From Ostrea edulis (Eukaryota): 64,000 nt of DNA. Shown one piece after another: positions 51,426 to 63,012 of the stretch. The DNA is taken from NCBI RefSeq assembly GCF_947568905.1, contig NC_079172.1, positions 70,618,001 to 70,682,000 on the forward strand, in the 5' to 3' direction. Position numbers and translations under genes: made by a program. Below the pieces are notes generated by a model that was not told where the DNA came from, did not search any database, and was given only the letters and a program-made list of their open reading frames with translations. The stretch's first letter is position 1, and each line of letters starts with the position of its first letter.

Positions 51426-53039
51426 AGGGAATAAATACTGACAAAAATATTAATTGTCTGGCGTCATGAGAAAAGGGCTCTTACGGTCAAAATTTCACGT
51501 TTTTAGATTTTCCTAGAATTTAAAAATAGAAATTTCGTTTTAATGTACAATTGTAAAAATGATAGCAAAGTCAACGTTAAGAAATTGTAGCGTCATATGA
51601 CGTGAAATATTAAGCTAATAATATTGCGTGCCAAGAAATCAATTACTGCAATATACCTTTTCATTTAAGACACAAATATTTATACTCCCGCAATGAGCAC
51701 AAATTCACTATTTCCCACCATGCAATGTGTCCTGTAGGGGTATTAGTCTCGCTAGGACAATTCTAATTGATCTTGCCGTGTTAGGAAAAAGAAATGTTTT
51801 ATAGAAATGGTAAGCATTTCAATTTCCAACAATCTGAACGCTGGTAAATTCGCACGAAAAAGAGACAACATCAATTTTACCAATCCAGATTAGATTCACA
51901 CTTACTCAATCATTTTACATAAATGTTTAGAATTCATTCCTATTGTAAATACGCTGGAGAACTCTGATTAAAGAAAGCTTTGGTTAGACACTTTCTATGC
52001 ATTTTGATTTTTATCATACTGGGAACTAGGATATTGGAATTTACTATTTTGTGTGTGTATATATCCAGTTGGGCGCGGATTTTCATATCTATACTTCAGC
52101 TACCGAAAGTTAGTATTTTTAATTGTAAATAAATCTTATTGATTGTTTGATTGTCTTTGTTAGTATATTCTGCTGCTGGATGATGAAGGGTAATTCTGAC
52201 CCATGAGAGAATCTAAAACGTTGAGTGCCTGCGAAACAAACGTATTTCAGTCTCACCACGGGTACGTTTTGGCAACGGTGACCACGCGGTGCTCTTCACT
52301 TTTCCACTGTTCTTACCAGGTTTAGAAGATAATTATTATCTGTCCCAAATGTAACTATCTTCTAATTCTGTTCAACTATTATTTAAACACATATAAAGAG
52401 ACTAAATAAGGCATTAAAACTATTGCCTAAAAGAGATGGATCAATGTACGAGAATCCAGTATCTGCTAGACTTATGTGGTCAGGCAGATGAAATTTTTAT
52501 ATGGTCCAACGAAAGTAAGACATACTATGCATGTAGCGAACCTACTAACCAACTGCTTCCCCACCCCGCCTCCCTTTGAAGAACGGTGATACGTGTCTTT
52601 ATGGTAAATAGTAAGCATTCTAAAAATAAATTATGTATATTTCTTATTCTAAGCTGAAAACGAATTGTCTGATATTCAATATGAATGCACATAATTTATA
52701 CACATTTGTTATTACTTTAAATGGCGATATCCGTTTATGTTTGATCATGTAAAGTACATACAAAATTTGCATCCTTTAGGTCATAGACATAAAACTTTCA
52801 CACAATAATTTGTAACTGTATGATCATTATTTGACCTGAATTGTTTGTCTCAATGCTGAAAAGCTGAATTATTCAAAATATTATTTTACAGTTCCATATA
52901 ACATATCAGTATGTTTGGATGATAGAGCAATTCTATAAATTCGTTCAAATAATCATCAATAAAATACTGTTCTCAAATAAACAACATCAAAACGTATGAC
53001 TTTTAAACATTTTACAGGATCAATCGGAACGATAATTTA

Positions 53040-54325
53040 AGGACTATACTTTTTGAAATCATAGGCAGTTGCTTCTGCAGCAAAAATGGAAAATGCAAAT
53101 ATTCCTATCTAGTGATCAGTCATCCAAAAATTACTTTGCTAAACGCCACTCTGATTCCACGCACAAGTACTCTGAAGTTGTAATAAAAATATGCTGGAGT
53201 TCCTCATTGACAATATCTTCGTGGTCTTTGGTGATTAGGTCTTCCAACGGTCTGTTAAATTCCTATGGACACGAATTGTGCTCCTTTGTTAGCTGACCTA
53301 TTTTCATATTCCTATGAGGTAGAATTTATTCAAAAAGTTCTACGTGAGAAGAAAAAAAGTCTCTTGTTGTGGCCTTCAAATCGACATTTACATGTGTAAA
53401 ACTTATACTGTACCAATTTTGATGGACCAGATTCGCATTTTAACAAATAATGTCTATTCAGTGATGCTCAAGCCAAAATTTTGGAAATCCGAAATAACAA
53501 TAAACTTGTAAGAGCTAAAAGGAAAAACAGTGTGCCAAAGACTGGAGTTAAATTCGTCTAAGGATCAGAGCTATGCATGGAGGAGATAATCCTTCATTTT
53601 GAAATGAATTCAAAATCTTATCACAGCAATTAAATATACATCCGTATTTTCAAGTTAGTAACGAAGTACATACGTTATTATCTATTAACAATAGCTTTCA
53701 TATGTTGATTCGATATATCCCAGAGAACTCGAAATAAAAGACACCACAAAGTTGTCAACTTCTGCTTCATTCTTATATATTTTATTGAAAGTAGATATTA
53801 ACGGCAAACTAACAACTCAACTTTATTACAAACGACATTATTTCAGCTTCTCCATCGTCAACTTCCCATATCTATGTCGCAATATCCCATTATCAGTTGC
53901 ATATGGTGTTTATATTTCAACTGATTCGATACGCAAGAGCTTGTTCTGCTTGTGGTCAGTTTTTAAATCGAAGTAGGCTACTGACAAACAAGTTGATGGT
54001 GCAGGGGTTCCAACAGTCTCGTTTACATTTAGCATTTCGAACGTTCTATGGTCCTATAATTGGATTAAATACTATCTTACGTGTTTCATACCGATTGTTA
54101 GGCCGTTCTTCGCACACTGAATTTAACTATGGATAATTCCGTTTACCTGATCAAGATATAGGACTCACGGCGGGTGTGATCGGTCGACAGGGGATGCTTA
54201 CTCCTCGTATGCACCTGATCCCACTTCTGGTATATCCAGGAGTCCGTGTTTGCCCAACTCTTTATGTTGTATTGCTTATAGGAACTATGAGATTGATCAC
54301 TGTTCGTTAACTTCACCTTTCATGG
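53040..54325 (+). mobile_element. Penelope-like RT fragment (longest copy), interrupted at ~53390-53680
   Basis: MLEFLIDNIFVVFG, a decayed PMGTNCAPLLADLF motif, and LLKVDINGKLTTQLY...LIRYARACSAC, followed by the terminal module. Confidence 0.8.
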
Positions 54326-54488
54326 TTAACTGTATAAATGTGTATTTGATCTAATATCAATTAAGTTAAAGATGCAAGGTGAAGATAACGAACAGTGATC
54401 AATCTCATAACTCCTACAAGCAATACAAAATAGATAGTTGGGCAAACACGGACCCCTGGACATCAATACTAGAAACAATATGCACACA

Positions 54489-54534
<46 letters not shown>

Positions 54535-54714
54535 TATTGTTTCTAGTATGAATAACTAGAACTACATATTGAGGACGGTTGAAATTTAAACTTTAATTAT
54601 TATGAAATACGTTAGTTAGGCGCTGTAAGCAATAAAGATGGAAAAATAACATTTTCAGATCAACCGTGTCCATGCCCCTTTAAACAACATCTGTATTCCA
54701 TAAAAACTCCTGTC

Positions 54715-55005
54715 CTTGATTGACTTTTAAGAAACCCCCTATTGATGCTGAAGGTATGTCTTTGATTAACTTTTAAGAAACCCCCCATTGATGCAGTAAA
54801 GTTATGTCTTTGATTAACTTTTAAGAAACCCCCTATTGATGCAGTAAAGGTATGTCTTTGATTGACTTTTAAGAAACCCCCTATTGATGCAGTAAAGGTA
54901 TGTCTCTGATTAACTTTTAAGAAACTTCCTATTGATGCAGTAAAGGTATGTCTCTGATTAACTTTTAAGAAACTTCCTATTGATGCAGTAAAGGTATGTC
55001 TTTGC
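54715..55005. repeat. 48-bp tandem repeat, ~6 copies
   Basis: Unit ttgattaacttttaagaaaccccctattgatgcagtaaaggtatgtct. Confidence 0.9.
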
Positions 55006-55686
55006 AATAAATCGATTTGTAAGACCCACCCATCAACCCACCTATCAATAAATACAGCATTGATCTTTTCCAATAGGATAAATAGAAAATAGTTCAGTGA
55101 ATTTAAAAGACGGGCATTGTTCTAAAATTAAGTCTTTCAAATATTGCAATTTTTTTTCCATTTTAAAGTCAAAATAATTCACGAACAAAAATCAGTTGAT
55201 CTCCTATTTACTGCAAATGAAATGCGTCAGACTATGATGATGACAAGTGCATTGTGATCAATTTGTTTACTTATACATGTATATCAAGACGTCAGATTAA
55301 ATTAACGACAAAAAAGTTTAATGTTAAGTTTTTTTTATAGTGTTATGCTTCCATTCATTTTATAAACATGAATAATTCTTCAGTTCATGGTATTTTGAAA
55401 GGTTGCAACATTTTGTTGTTTATGTCTGATGCCAAAATACACATTCCTGTAAGATTAGTGCACGCCTTCTTACGGGAATATAAACTATGCTGTGTATCAC
55501 ACAGAATCAATTATGCGTTCATTGAAGACGATTATCTATAAAACGAAAACGATGCGAGAAGAGACTGGTATTGATAAATGTACACTGCAGAGAAGACATC
55601 CTTTCGATAGAAATTTTGTCTATACCTAATTAATATATCGAGATAAATTTTGGCGGGAAGGACGCTCGGTGATTTTTCTGATCAAC

Positions 55687-58600
55687 ATGCTGTATTCCAC
55701 CATGTTAATTGTATTAATTAGCATGTTACTCCTGATACTTCCAGCTTCAGGTATTTATCTATATATTTTCTACTTTCTTCTGAAAGTTTTATTTCTGAAT
55801 CTCTGATAAACATAATACAACATATTTTCCGAAAAGTTATTACGATTTGCTATGTACTTACCCCTTCATAGTCTGTTGCTATGTGCACAAAATAGAAAGA
55901 TTACGTCGCAGCCATACGTTACGATATTTAACTTTAGAACCTGCAAGATACAGTTTGTGAGGCTTTGTTCCTTCCAAATTTGATATATTCCAATTTCTTG
56001 ATTCCTATTCGTGTGCCATGTATGATGTACTGAAATTTCAATTCCGATTGTCGGGTAATTTGCATAGACCATATAAGGTAGTGTTCACATCAATGGACGA
56101 GTAAAGGGGAAAAAGCGATTTCGTCAGTATTGAAAAGGTTGAAATTTAATATCAAATTTCTAAAAAAGCAGAGAGTAATTTTTCCGTCACCATATGATTT
56201 TCCTTTCTTTGTCGAAATGTCTCGAGTAAGTACATTTTCGCGCTGATTGTCAATGTTTAGGTTTTTTCAATATATCTACGAACAAGATCTCGTGATAACA
56301 AGTATGGCGGAGTAGATGAAGAATTTTGCATGTTGTACATGATATCTAATGAAAAACACCTTTATTAGACATACAGAAGCACAGAGTTGGTACTCTTTTT
56401 AGTGTAACAACATTGACGACAAATACACAGACTTTATTATAGGTTATGCATCAAAATATTTTGCATTACAAAGACACTATCAAATTGTAGCCCAACCCAA
56501 AAATATCAGAATAAAATTATCGGAGATGGCTATATTATTGCAGCTTTCTCTAAAACGAAAGGATAAATGTCGTCTTTGTAACGTTTTTCAATTCCTATTA
56601 TAGAATAAACGTCAATACTATGAGAATCTGTATAGAAATTAATAGCAACAGGGTCATCAGTTGACAAATTTAAAACTATGCCTTTGGTATAAAGTTATCT
56701 CACTTTCTCCCATATATACAATTTTGTTGCATTTTTTGCAAAAGATTCCATAAACTACATTGCTGGATTTACAATTGATATGATTTTTGATATGATACTT
56801 GTTTCCATTGCAGTCCTCAAATGCATTAGTTTTGATGATATAGTGACATAAGTACAGCTTTTAGCACCACACGTCTCGCATACATTTTCTTTTCTAAAAA
56901 TAGATTATTGTGTTTCTTATGTACCAGAATGTCTTTTAAATTTTTGTCTCTTTTAAAAGCCACTAAAAGCATTTTTGAGGTGGTCATAATTTTCAAGAAT
57001 TTTTTACGTTTTTTTTTTTAAATCTTCTGAATATCGGGAATTCCTTTAGAATAGTTTACCACAAAGGGAACACGGTTACCCTGCTTCGCCTTTTTATGTA
57101 GTTTAGGATATTTGATCAGTGGAGTTTATCACTTTCTTAAGTTCTTTTTCAACATCATTATCTAAATAACCATATTGTCTTAAATATTTCTTTATTTCCT
57201 TTCGTTGAATTTGATATTTTTCTTCTGTGGAACAAATTCTACGCTCACGGAGCCCAAGTCCAAAGAGAATATATTTTTGTTGTAGATTCGGGGTGGTAAG
57301 ATGTTTTATTAAGGTATATATGTTTATCGGTGGGTTTGCAGTATAAGTCATTACAAAGGATTCCGTCATTAATTGAGATTGTTGCATCAAGGAAATCAAT
57401 TTTGGTGTTTGATAGACGTACGTCAAGCTGAATGTTTGGATGTATTTCATTCGCGGTTTTATGGAATTGTGTAAGTTCTTTGTCTTTACCCTTCCAGATG
57501 CCAAAAATATCATCAATATAACGTACATAAAATAGTGGTAGTTGTTTTGATTTTTCGAAAAGAATTTGTTCCTGTTCCCCAATGTAAACACAAGCTTAGT
57601 TTTCTCCAAGTTTTGATCCAATCGCGGTCCATTCATTCTGCATGTGGTGTTTGTTATTGAAACTAAAATTATTATTGTCAAGAACAGCATCCAACATTTT
57701 TTATATAATTTCCGTGTCTACTTCTTTTTCATTATGTTCTTGTAATGCTATTTTAATGATATCGCGAACTTCTTTACTAGGTATATAAGTGTAAAGTGCT
57801 TTCACGTCCATACAAAATAAAATAGTGGAATCTGGTAATGGTTGCTTTACACTTGAAAGTTTCTTTAAAAAATATGTAGTATCCTGGGCATAACTACCAA
57901 GGGATCTATTCGCATTCTCAATTTTCATCACGACTCAACGTACTCGGCTATCTTTTCTGTTGGGTGTTGTCGGCCATTTACTATAGTCCTAAGCAGATTG
58001 TTCTTTTTGTGTATTTTTGCGTTAGTTTGGAGTTTTTCTGATGTTAGTTCGGTGGGTAGTAGATAATGTCTTAATTCAGACGAAATGAATCCTTATTTAT
58101 ACATTTCATTAACTTTTTTTCATTTTGTTGGTAATTTGTTTCCTTTTGTCACACTCTACTTCACTCTAAGGTGCGCTGTTAAGCATTTCATTCTCTACTT
58201 GGTCAACGTATTTATCCGTATCCATAACCACTATCCCAGATCCTTTGTCTGCAGGTATTATTACTATATTCTGGTCTGTCAGTAATTCTTTCATAGCCCT
58301 TTCTTCGGCGCGTGTAATATTACTAGAAACATTTCTACTTAGACCTCTAATAACGTCTTCTTTGACTTGTCTAATGTATTCGTCAAGCCATTTTTCTCAA
58401 CATCATTGAATGAGGATTCATTCTCTTGACTCTTTATCAAAAAAATATTCGCACAGACGCATCCTACGTTCCCATGTTTTTAAATCCGTTAACAACTGAA
58501 TAAAATCAATATTTTTCTTTTTGGGCACAAATTTCAAACCTTTTTCAAACAAATTTAATTGTTCATTTGTTAATTTCTTTGAAAACAGGTTGATTACTCC

Positions 58601-61600
58601 TTTTCTTTTGGTATATTCAATTTCATAGTTTCATTTTCTACTTCCTTGCATTTAGGGGGTAAAATGTTCATATTGGTAGAATACAGTAGTTGTTGGCCTT
58701 CGTTTTTGGACTGAGCAGAGTTACAGACACATGACCCATCCGAAGTTTTTAACTAATCAAAATGATTAGAAGAAAAATTCAAACACATGAAATCTTTTTT
58801 GTGATTGGACTCGTCAGGTGGGTATTATTTGTCAATGGGTATGAACATTCAAACTAGTTTTAACAAAAATGTCCCTATCAAAACGAAACGCTGTTGCTAT
58901 CAACTCCGCCTAGGTGCCCCATGACTCAAAACTACCATCTAATAATTTTAACATTATCTAAATGTTTTTGAAAATCTATAAATTCTTTATAAAGATTGCT
59001 ATTGTTGCTAACTTCTACTACAATTGCCTTTCTAATTTTTGCATGTTGCTCTTGGCCTTCATGGATATGGTACCCAAAACTGCGATGTTCTATGATTTTC
59101 CTGTTTACCCTCCAAAGATCCGAGTTTCTTGTTCTTTAACTGATTGAGTTTTTTAGCACTAACTTTTACATTGGCCTTGACAGAATTCAGAGCATCTGCT
59201 AACCCCTCTGCGCCGAGTTTTAATTTTAGATATGGAGATTGTTTCTCTATAGAGGATTCTAGATTCGATACCGTTTTAGCACAAACATTTATGGACTCCA
59301 GCATTAAATTTCTAGAAGTTGAGCAAAAGATGTCTTGAAAAATTTATTATATTTTATTTCATCAGTTTCTCGTGAAAGGTGAAGATAACGAACAGTGATC
59401 AATATCATAACTCCTACAAGCAATACAATAAAGATAGTTAGGTAAACACGGACCCCTGGACACACCAGAGGTGGGATCAGGTGCCTAGGAGGAGTAAGCA
59501 TCCCCCGTCGACCGGTCACACCCGCCGTCTAATAAATGACAAATTCAAAACACATCTTTTGTATAAAACTACACTGCTGGATTTACTTTTTCAGGCAATA
59601 TTTCATCTGAAAGTTTTAGTTTTGAATCTCTGATAAACATAATACAAATATTGGAGTTTTTTTCCCAAACAGTTATTGTGATCTTCCATTTACTGTGTAC
59701 TACTTCCATGTTGTTTCTATTTATATCTACAGGAAGTGACGCACCTTGTCTCAATATCGGTGGTACCTGTCAAGAGGACAATCTATATTGTTCTGGAAGT
59801 TACGTAACGGGGTTATGTTCCGGGGGAACCAATAGACGATGTTGTTCAGGTATTGAAAGACTTTTATGATATTGTTATTCAGCGCACCATATTTACCGCA
59901 TGGTTTTGTGAACATACAGTAGTTTAAATAACGCCTGCTTTTGGTGATTTTCAGAAAGCTTATTTTCTTCTTCTTCTTTGCTGGCGATGGTGTTACGAAA
60001 ACTACCCTGTGCGAAAATTTGGTTATCTATTTTGATAGGCATGGTTATGACTCAATCTTACCAACTCGGTTATTTCTGTAACAACAAATAAGTCAACACC
60101 TTCATAGTTTGTTGCTATGTGCACAAAAATAGAACTATAACGTTACAGTCATACGTTACGATATTAAAACAAATGTAGATGAGATATCACTCATATGTTG
60201 ATTCGATATATCTTCGTGAACTCCAAATAAAAGACACCACAGAGTCGTTCACTTCTGCTTCATACTTAGATATTTTGTTGAAAATAGATATAAAAATAAA
60301 ACTAACAACTCTACTTCATGACAAATGGGATGATTTCCGTTTAATACCCATCGACAATGTTGTTCAACACAATCTTCTTCAGGTATAGTTTGTTAGACAT
60401 AGTCCTTATCTACATTCTTTACAATGCATTAAAAAATGCACACGTACAGCACTCTTCCCACAAGTACCACACATTCATTTATGATTGATTACTGCTTATA
60501 CCGAGGGTTCCGGCCGCTGTAGCCAATGTTTAGGCGTTAGTTTCGTCAACGGGAGGTCCAGGCGCCGCATTTAACCCAAGGCGTTTGCCTAGCGTCCGCC
60601 ATTGCAAGTGAAAGCCTCGGGTCTTTTGAATATGACCTCCAGAACGGAGGTTCTTGTCGCGGTTGTCATGTATAGGGCACCATTTGTGGCACTTCATTTA
60701 CAGCTGATGACGTTTCTATATCAGTGAAAAATCCTCGAATGAGACGTAAAACAACAAGCACACGTTCGGTGTTGTTCTAATTTATATACAGGTGTTTTGT
60801 GTGTTTATTTATTGCGGTTGCGTCACATAGCGGGAGCCCAAGAGTAAGCACTCTGTCTATCTGTCCGTCAGTACTTTCTTTGGTACGCGATATCTTAAGT
60901 TTCTTTGGGAACATTTTCATAAATACTTGAATTGGGCGAAGGAAGACCACTTTTGATTTTTCAGATTTACCGAATGTCGCTGTAGAGTTAGAATTATGGG
61001 ACCTAAGTTTTTATTATATTAATAAAATAATAGCACCTTCTTTGGCACGCAGTAACTTGAGAATATTTTCATACAATTTAAAGGTAATGATCAGATAGGA
61101 AAATGAACACTGCTTTTAAGATTTATTGCTTTTTCGTTACGGTGGTATAGTTTTGACAATACTGAATTACAGGTACAGACAGTGGAATGTGTTCTAACGT
61201 CAAAGTGTACTCCCGCGCCACTTGGGGCGCCAAATCTCCAACGCATGTGAGCACTATGCGCAAACCTGTCGGTTTCTTCTTCGTCCATCACACAGAAGGA
61301 AATGCCTGTCGTGATTTCACTTCCTGTGCAAAACAAATGCGCAATATCCAGAACTATCATATGGCTACAAAAGGTAAATAGATAGATAGGGATCGATCGA
61401 TGGTGGATCATGATAAATAAAATGGATATTTGAATAAGCAAATTACATTAACAGAAAATTCCAAAACAAAAATATCAATTCATTTTAAGGCTGGTCAGAC
61501 ATCGGATACAGCTTCCTTGTTGGTGAGGACGGTGCTGTCTATGAAGGCCGCGGTTGGAATCACGTGGGAGCACACACAAAGAACTACAACAGCCGAGGAT

Positions 61601-61824
61601 TTGGCGTCGCCGTCATGGGGAATTTCATGCACAGAAAGCCAAATAACGCAGCCTTAAATGCGACCAAAGACCTGATGCAATGCGGTATTGACAAGGGTTA
61701 CATCACCTCTGGTTACAGTCTCTATGGACACCGTGATGTCGGAACCACTGATTGTCCAGGAGATTATCTGTATAATGAAATAAGAACGTGGTCACATTAC
61801 AACACCCAGAAACCACAACGGTGA
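55687..61824 (+). CDS. PGRP: PGRP gene 4: signal peptide + one intact defensin-like domain + PGRP amidase (exons 55687-55750, 59733-59849, 61173-61373, 61490-61824; ~238 aa)
   Basis: All junctions are phase 1 and the total of 717 nt is open. MLYSTMLIVLISMLLLILPASG / SDAPCLNIGGTCQEDNLYCSGSYVTGLCSGGTNRRCCS / ...FVHHT...IGYSF...GHRDVGTTDCPG. The PGRP exons are secure. Joining the signal exon across the ~4-kb rearranged intron is inferred. Confidence 0.75.
57100..57960 (-). mobile_element. Second-family Penelope-like RT remnant
   Basis: SYAQDTTYFLKKL...LPDSTILFCMDVKALYTYIP, and GLRERRICS...YLRQYGY, typical PLE RT and thumb motifs, frameshifted. Confidence 0.7.
60344..60382 (+). pseudogene. 3' remnant of the second defensin-like exon in the PGRP gene 4 unit
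   Basis: atacccatcgacaatgttgttcaacacaatcttcttcag|gt matches 47611-47649. The 5' part and acceptor are missing, and it is fused to a PLE fragment (60180-60337). Confidence 0.8.
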
Positions 61825-62676
61825 AGAACGAAATGTAATGAAAGCATTTGCTGCGAAAAATATAGATATGAAAATCTCTACTTCCGTTTTATATCTATGT
61901 AATACGTTTCTTCTAGAATTAATTCATGGAAGGAAAAATGTATAGAAGAATGGAAGTTTTACGTTCCACTCCTGAAGAGACGTCACCATAATGAAATAGA
62001 TTTGCATGTATTTAGATCTATGCTAAACGATCTGGGCATTGATCTTGGAGAGACCTATTGTAATTGCGAACCATGAAATATTTATCAAAGTAACTTACAC
62101 TTCATCTTCTGATCCATTCTCTTATTTGACCTTCACATAAAATGTCATGTCAAAGGTCATCAAAAATGACACGTGACCCAGTGTCTTATGGTGTTCCCAC
62201 AAACCAAATAATAATAATAATAATGATTGGTTTTATATACCGCCCTTTCCAGCGTATGCTGCTCAAAGCGCTTTACAATAATCAATGTACATTATTACCC
62301 CGGCACACCTTATATCAATCTAGAACTTTCTCAGCCTCCTAGGAAGCATACAGCGCAAGCTGCCATTACAAGCGCTAGAGCACTAACATTCTAACAATAT
62401 CTTTCACTGTCTATAGCCAGGTACCCCTTTTACACTTGTGTGGAGTGAGGAAATTCATGTAAAGTGCCTTTCCCTAGGCCAAGACTCGAACCCATGACCT
62501 TTCGGTCGAGAGTCTGACGGCCAACTATCAAAGGTCTGTCTTAAAAGAGGAAAACGTTATGTTTCGGACAAAAAATGGCCTTTACAATAACTGTCTTATC
62601 ATGGAATATTTTCATATACTAAAACAATTTGTCTCCCCTCTTTATAAAGAGGTATTATTAGCATGATTTATTAATT

Positions 62677-62799
62677 GATTGATTGTATCTTGCTTAACGT
62701 CTCACTCGAGAATTTTTCACTCATATGGAGAGGTCACCAAGACCGGTGAAGAGCTTGAAATTTGGGCCTTTGCTCGGCGCTTACGGCCATTGAGCAGTA

Positions 62800-62835
<36 letters not shown>

Positions 62836-63012
62836 TGTATCCGTTTTTAAGGTCATCTCCTAGGACGCGTGACATTCACACTTAATGCCGAGCGTTTGGC
62901 GATGGAACTGTCACTACCTGTTTTAAAGACTGAGGTCTGCCGCGGCCGGGATTCGAACCCCGGCCTTCCGCATGCGGGACGAACGCTCTGACCTCTCATA
63001 CACCGCGGCGGT
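62677..63012 (-). mobile_element. tRNA-derived SINE with 13-bp TSD
   Basis: Same family as 37521-37856. tgatttattaatt flanks both sides (62664-62676 and 63013-63025). An empty site is present in the paralogous region at ~49700. Confidence 0.85.

Noticed and set aside
51052-51441. 129-aa ORF as a gene
   Set aside because: It is made of the 27-bp array joined out of frame to the PGRP gene 2 fragment.
57103-57690. 195-aa ORF with a hydrophobic N-terminus as a secreted host protein
   Set aside because: It is a frameshifted Penelope-like RT remnant. Only its C-terminal part is in the RT frame.
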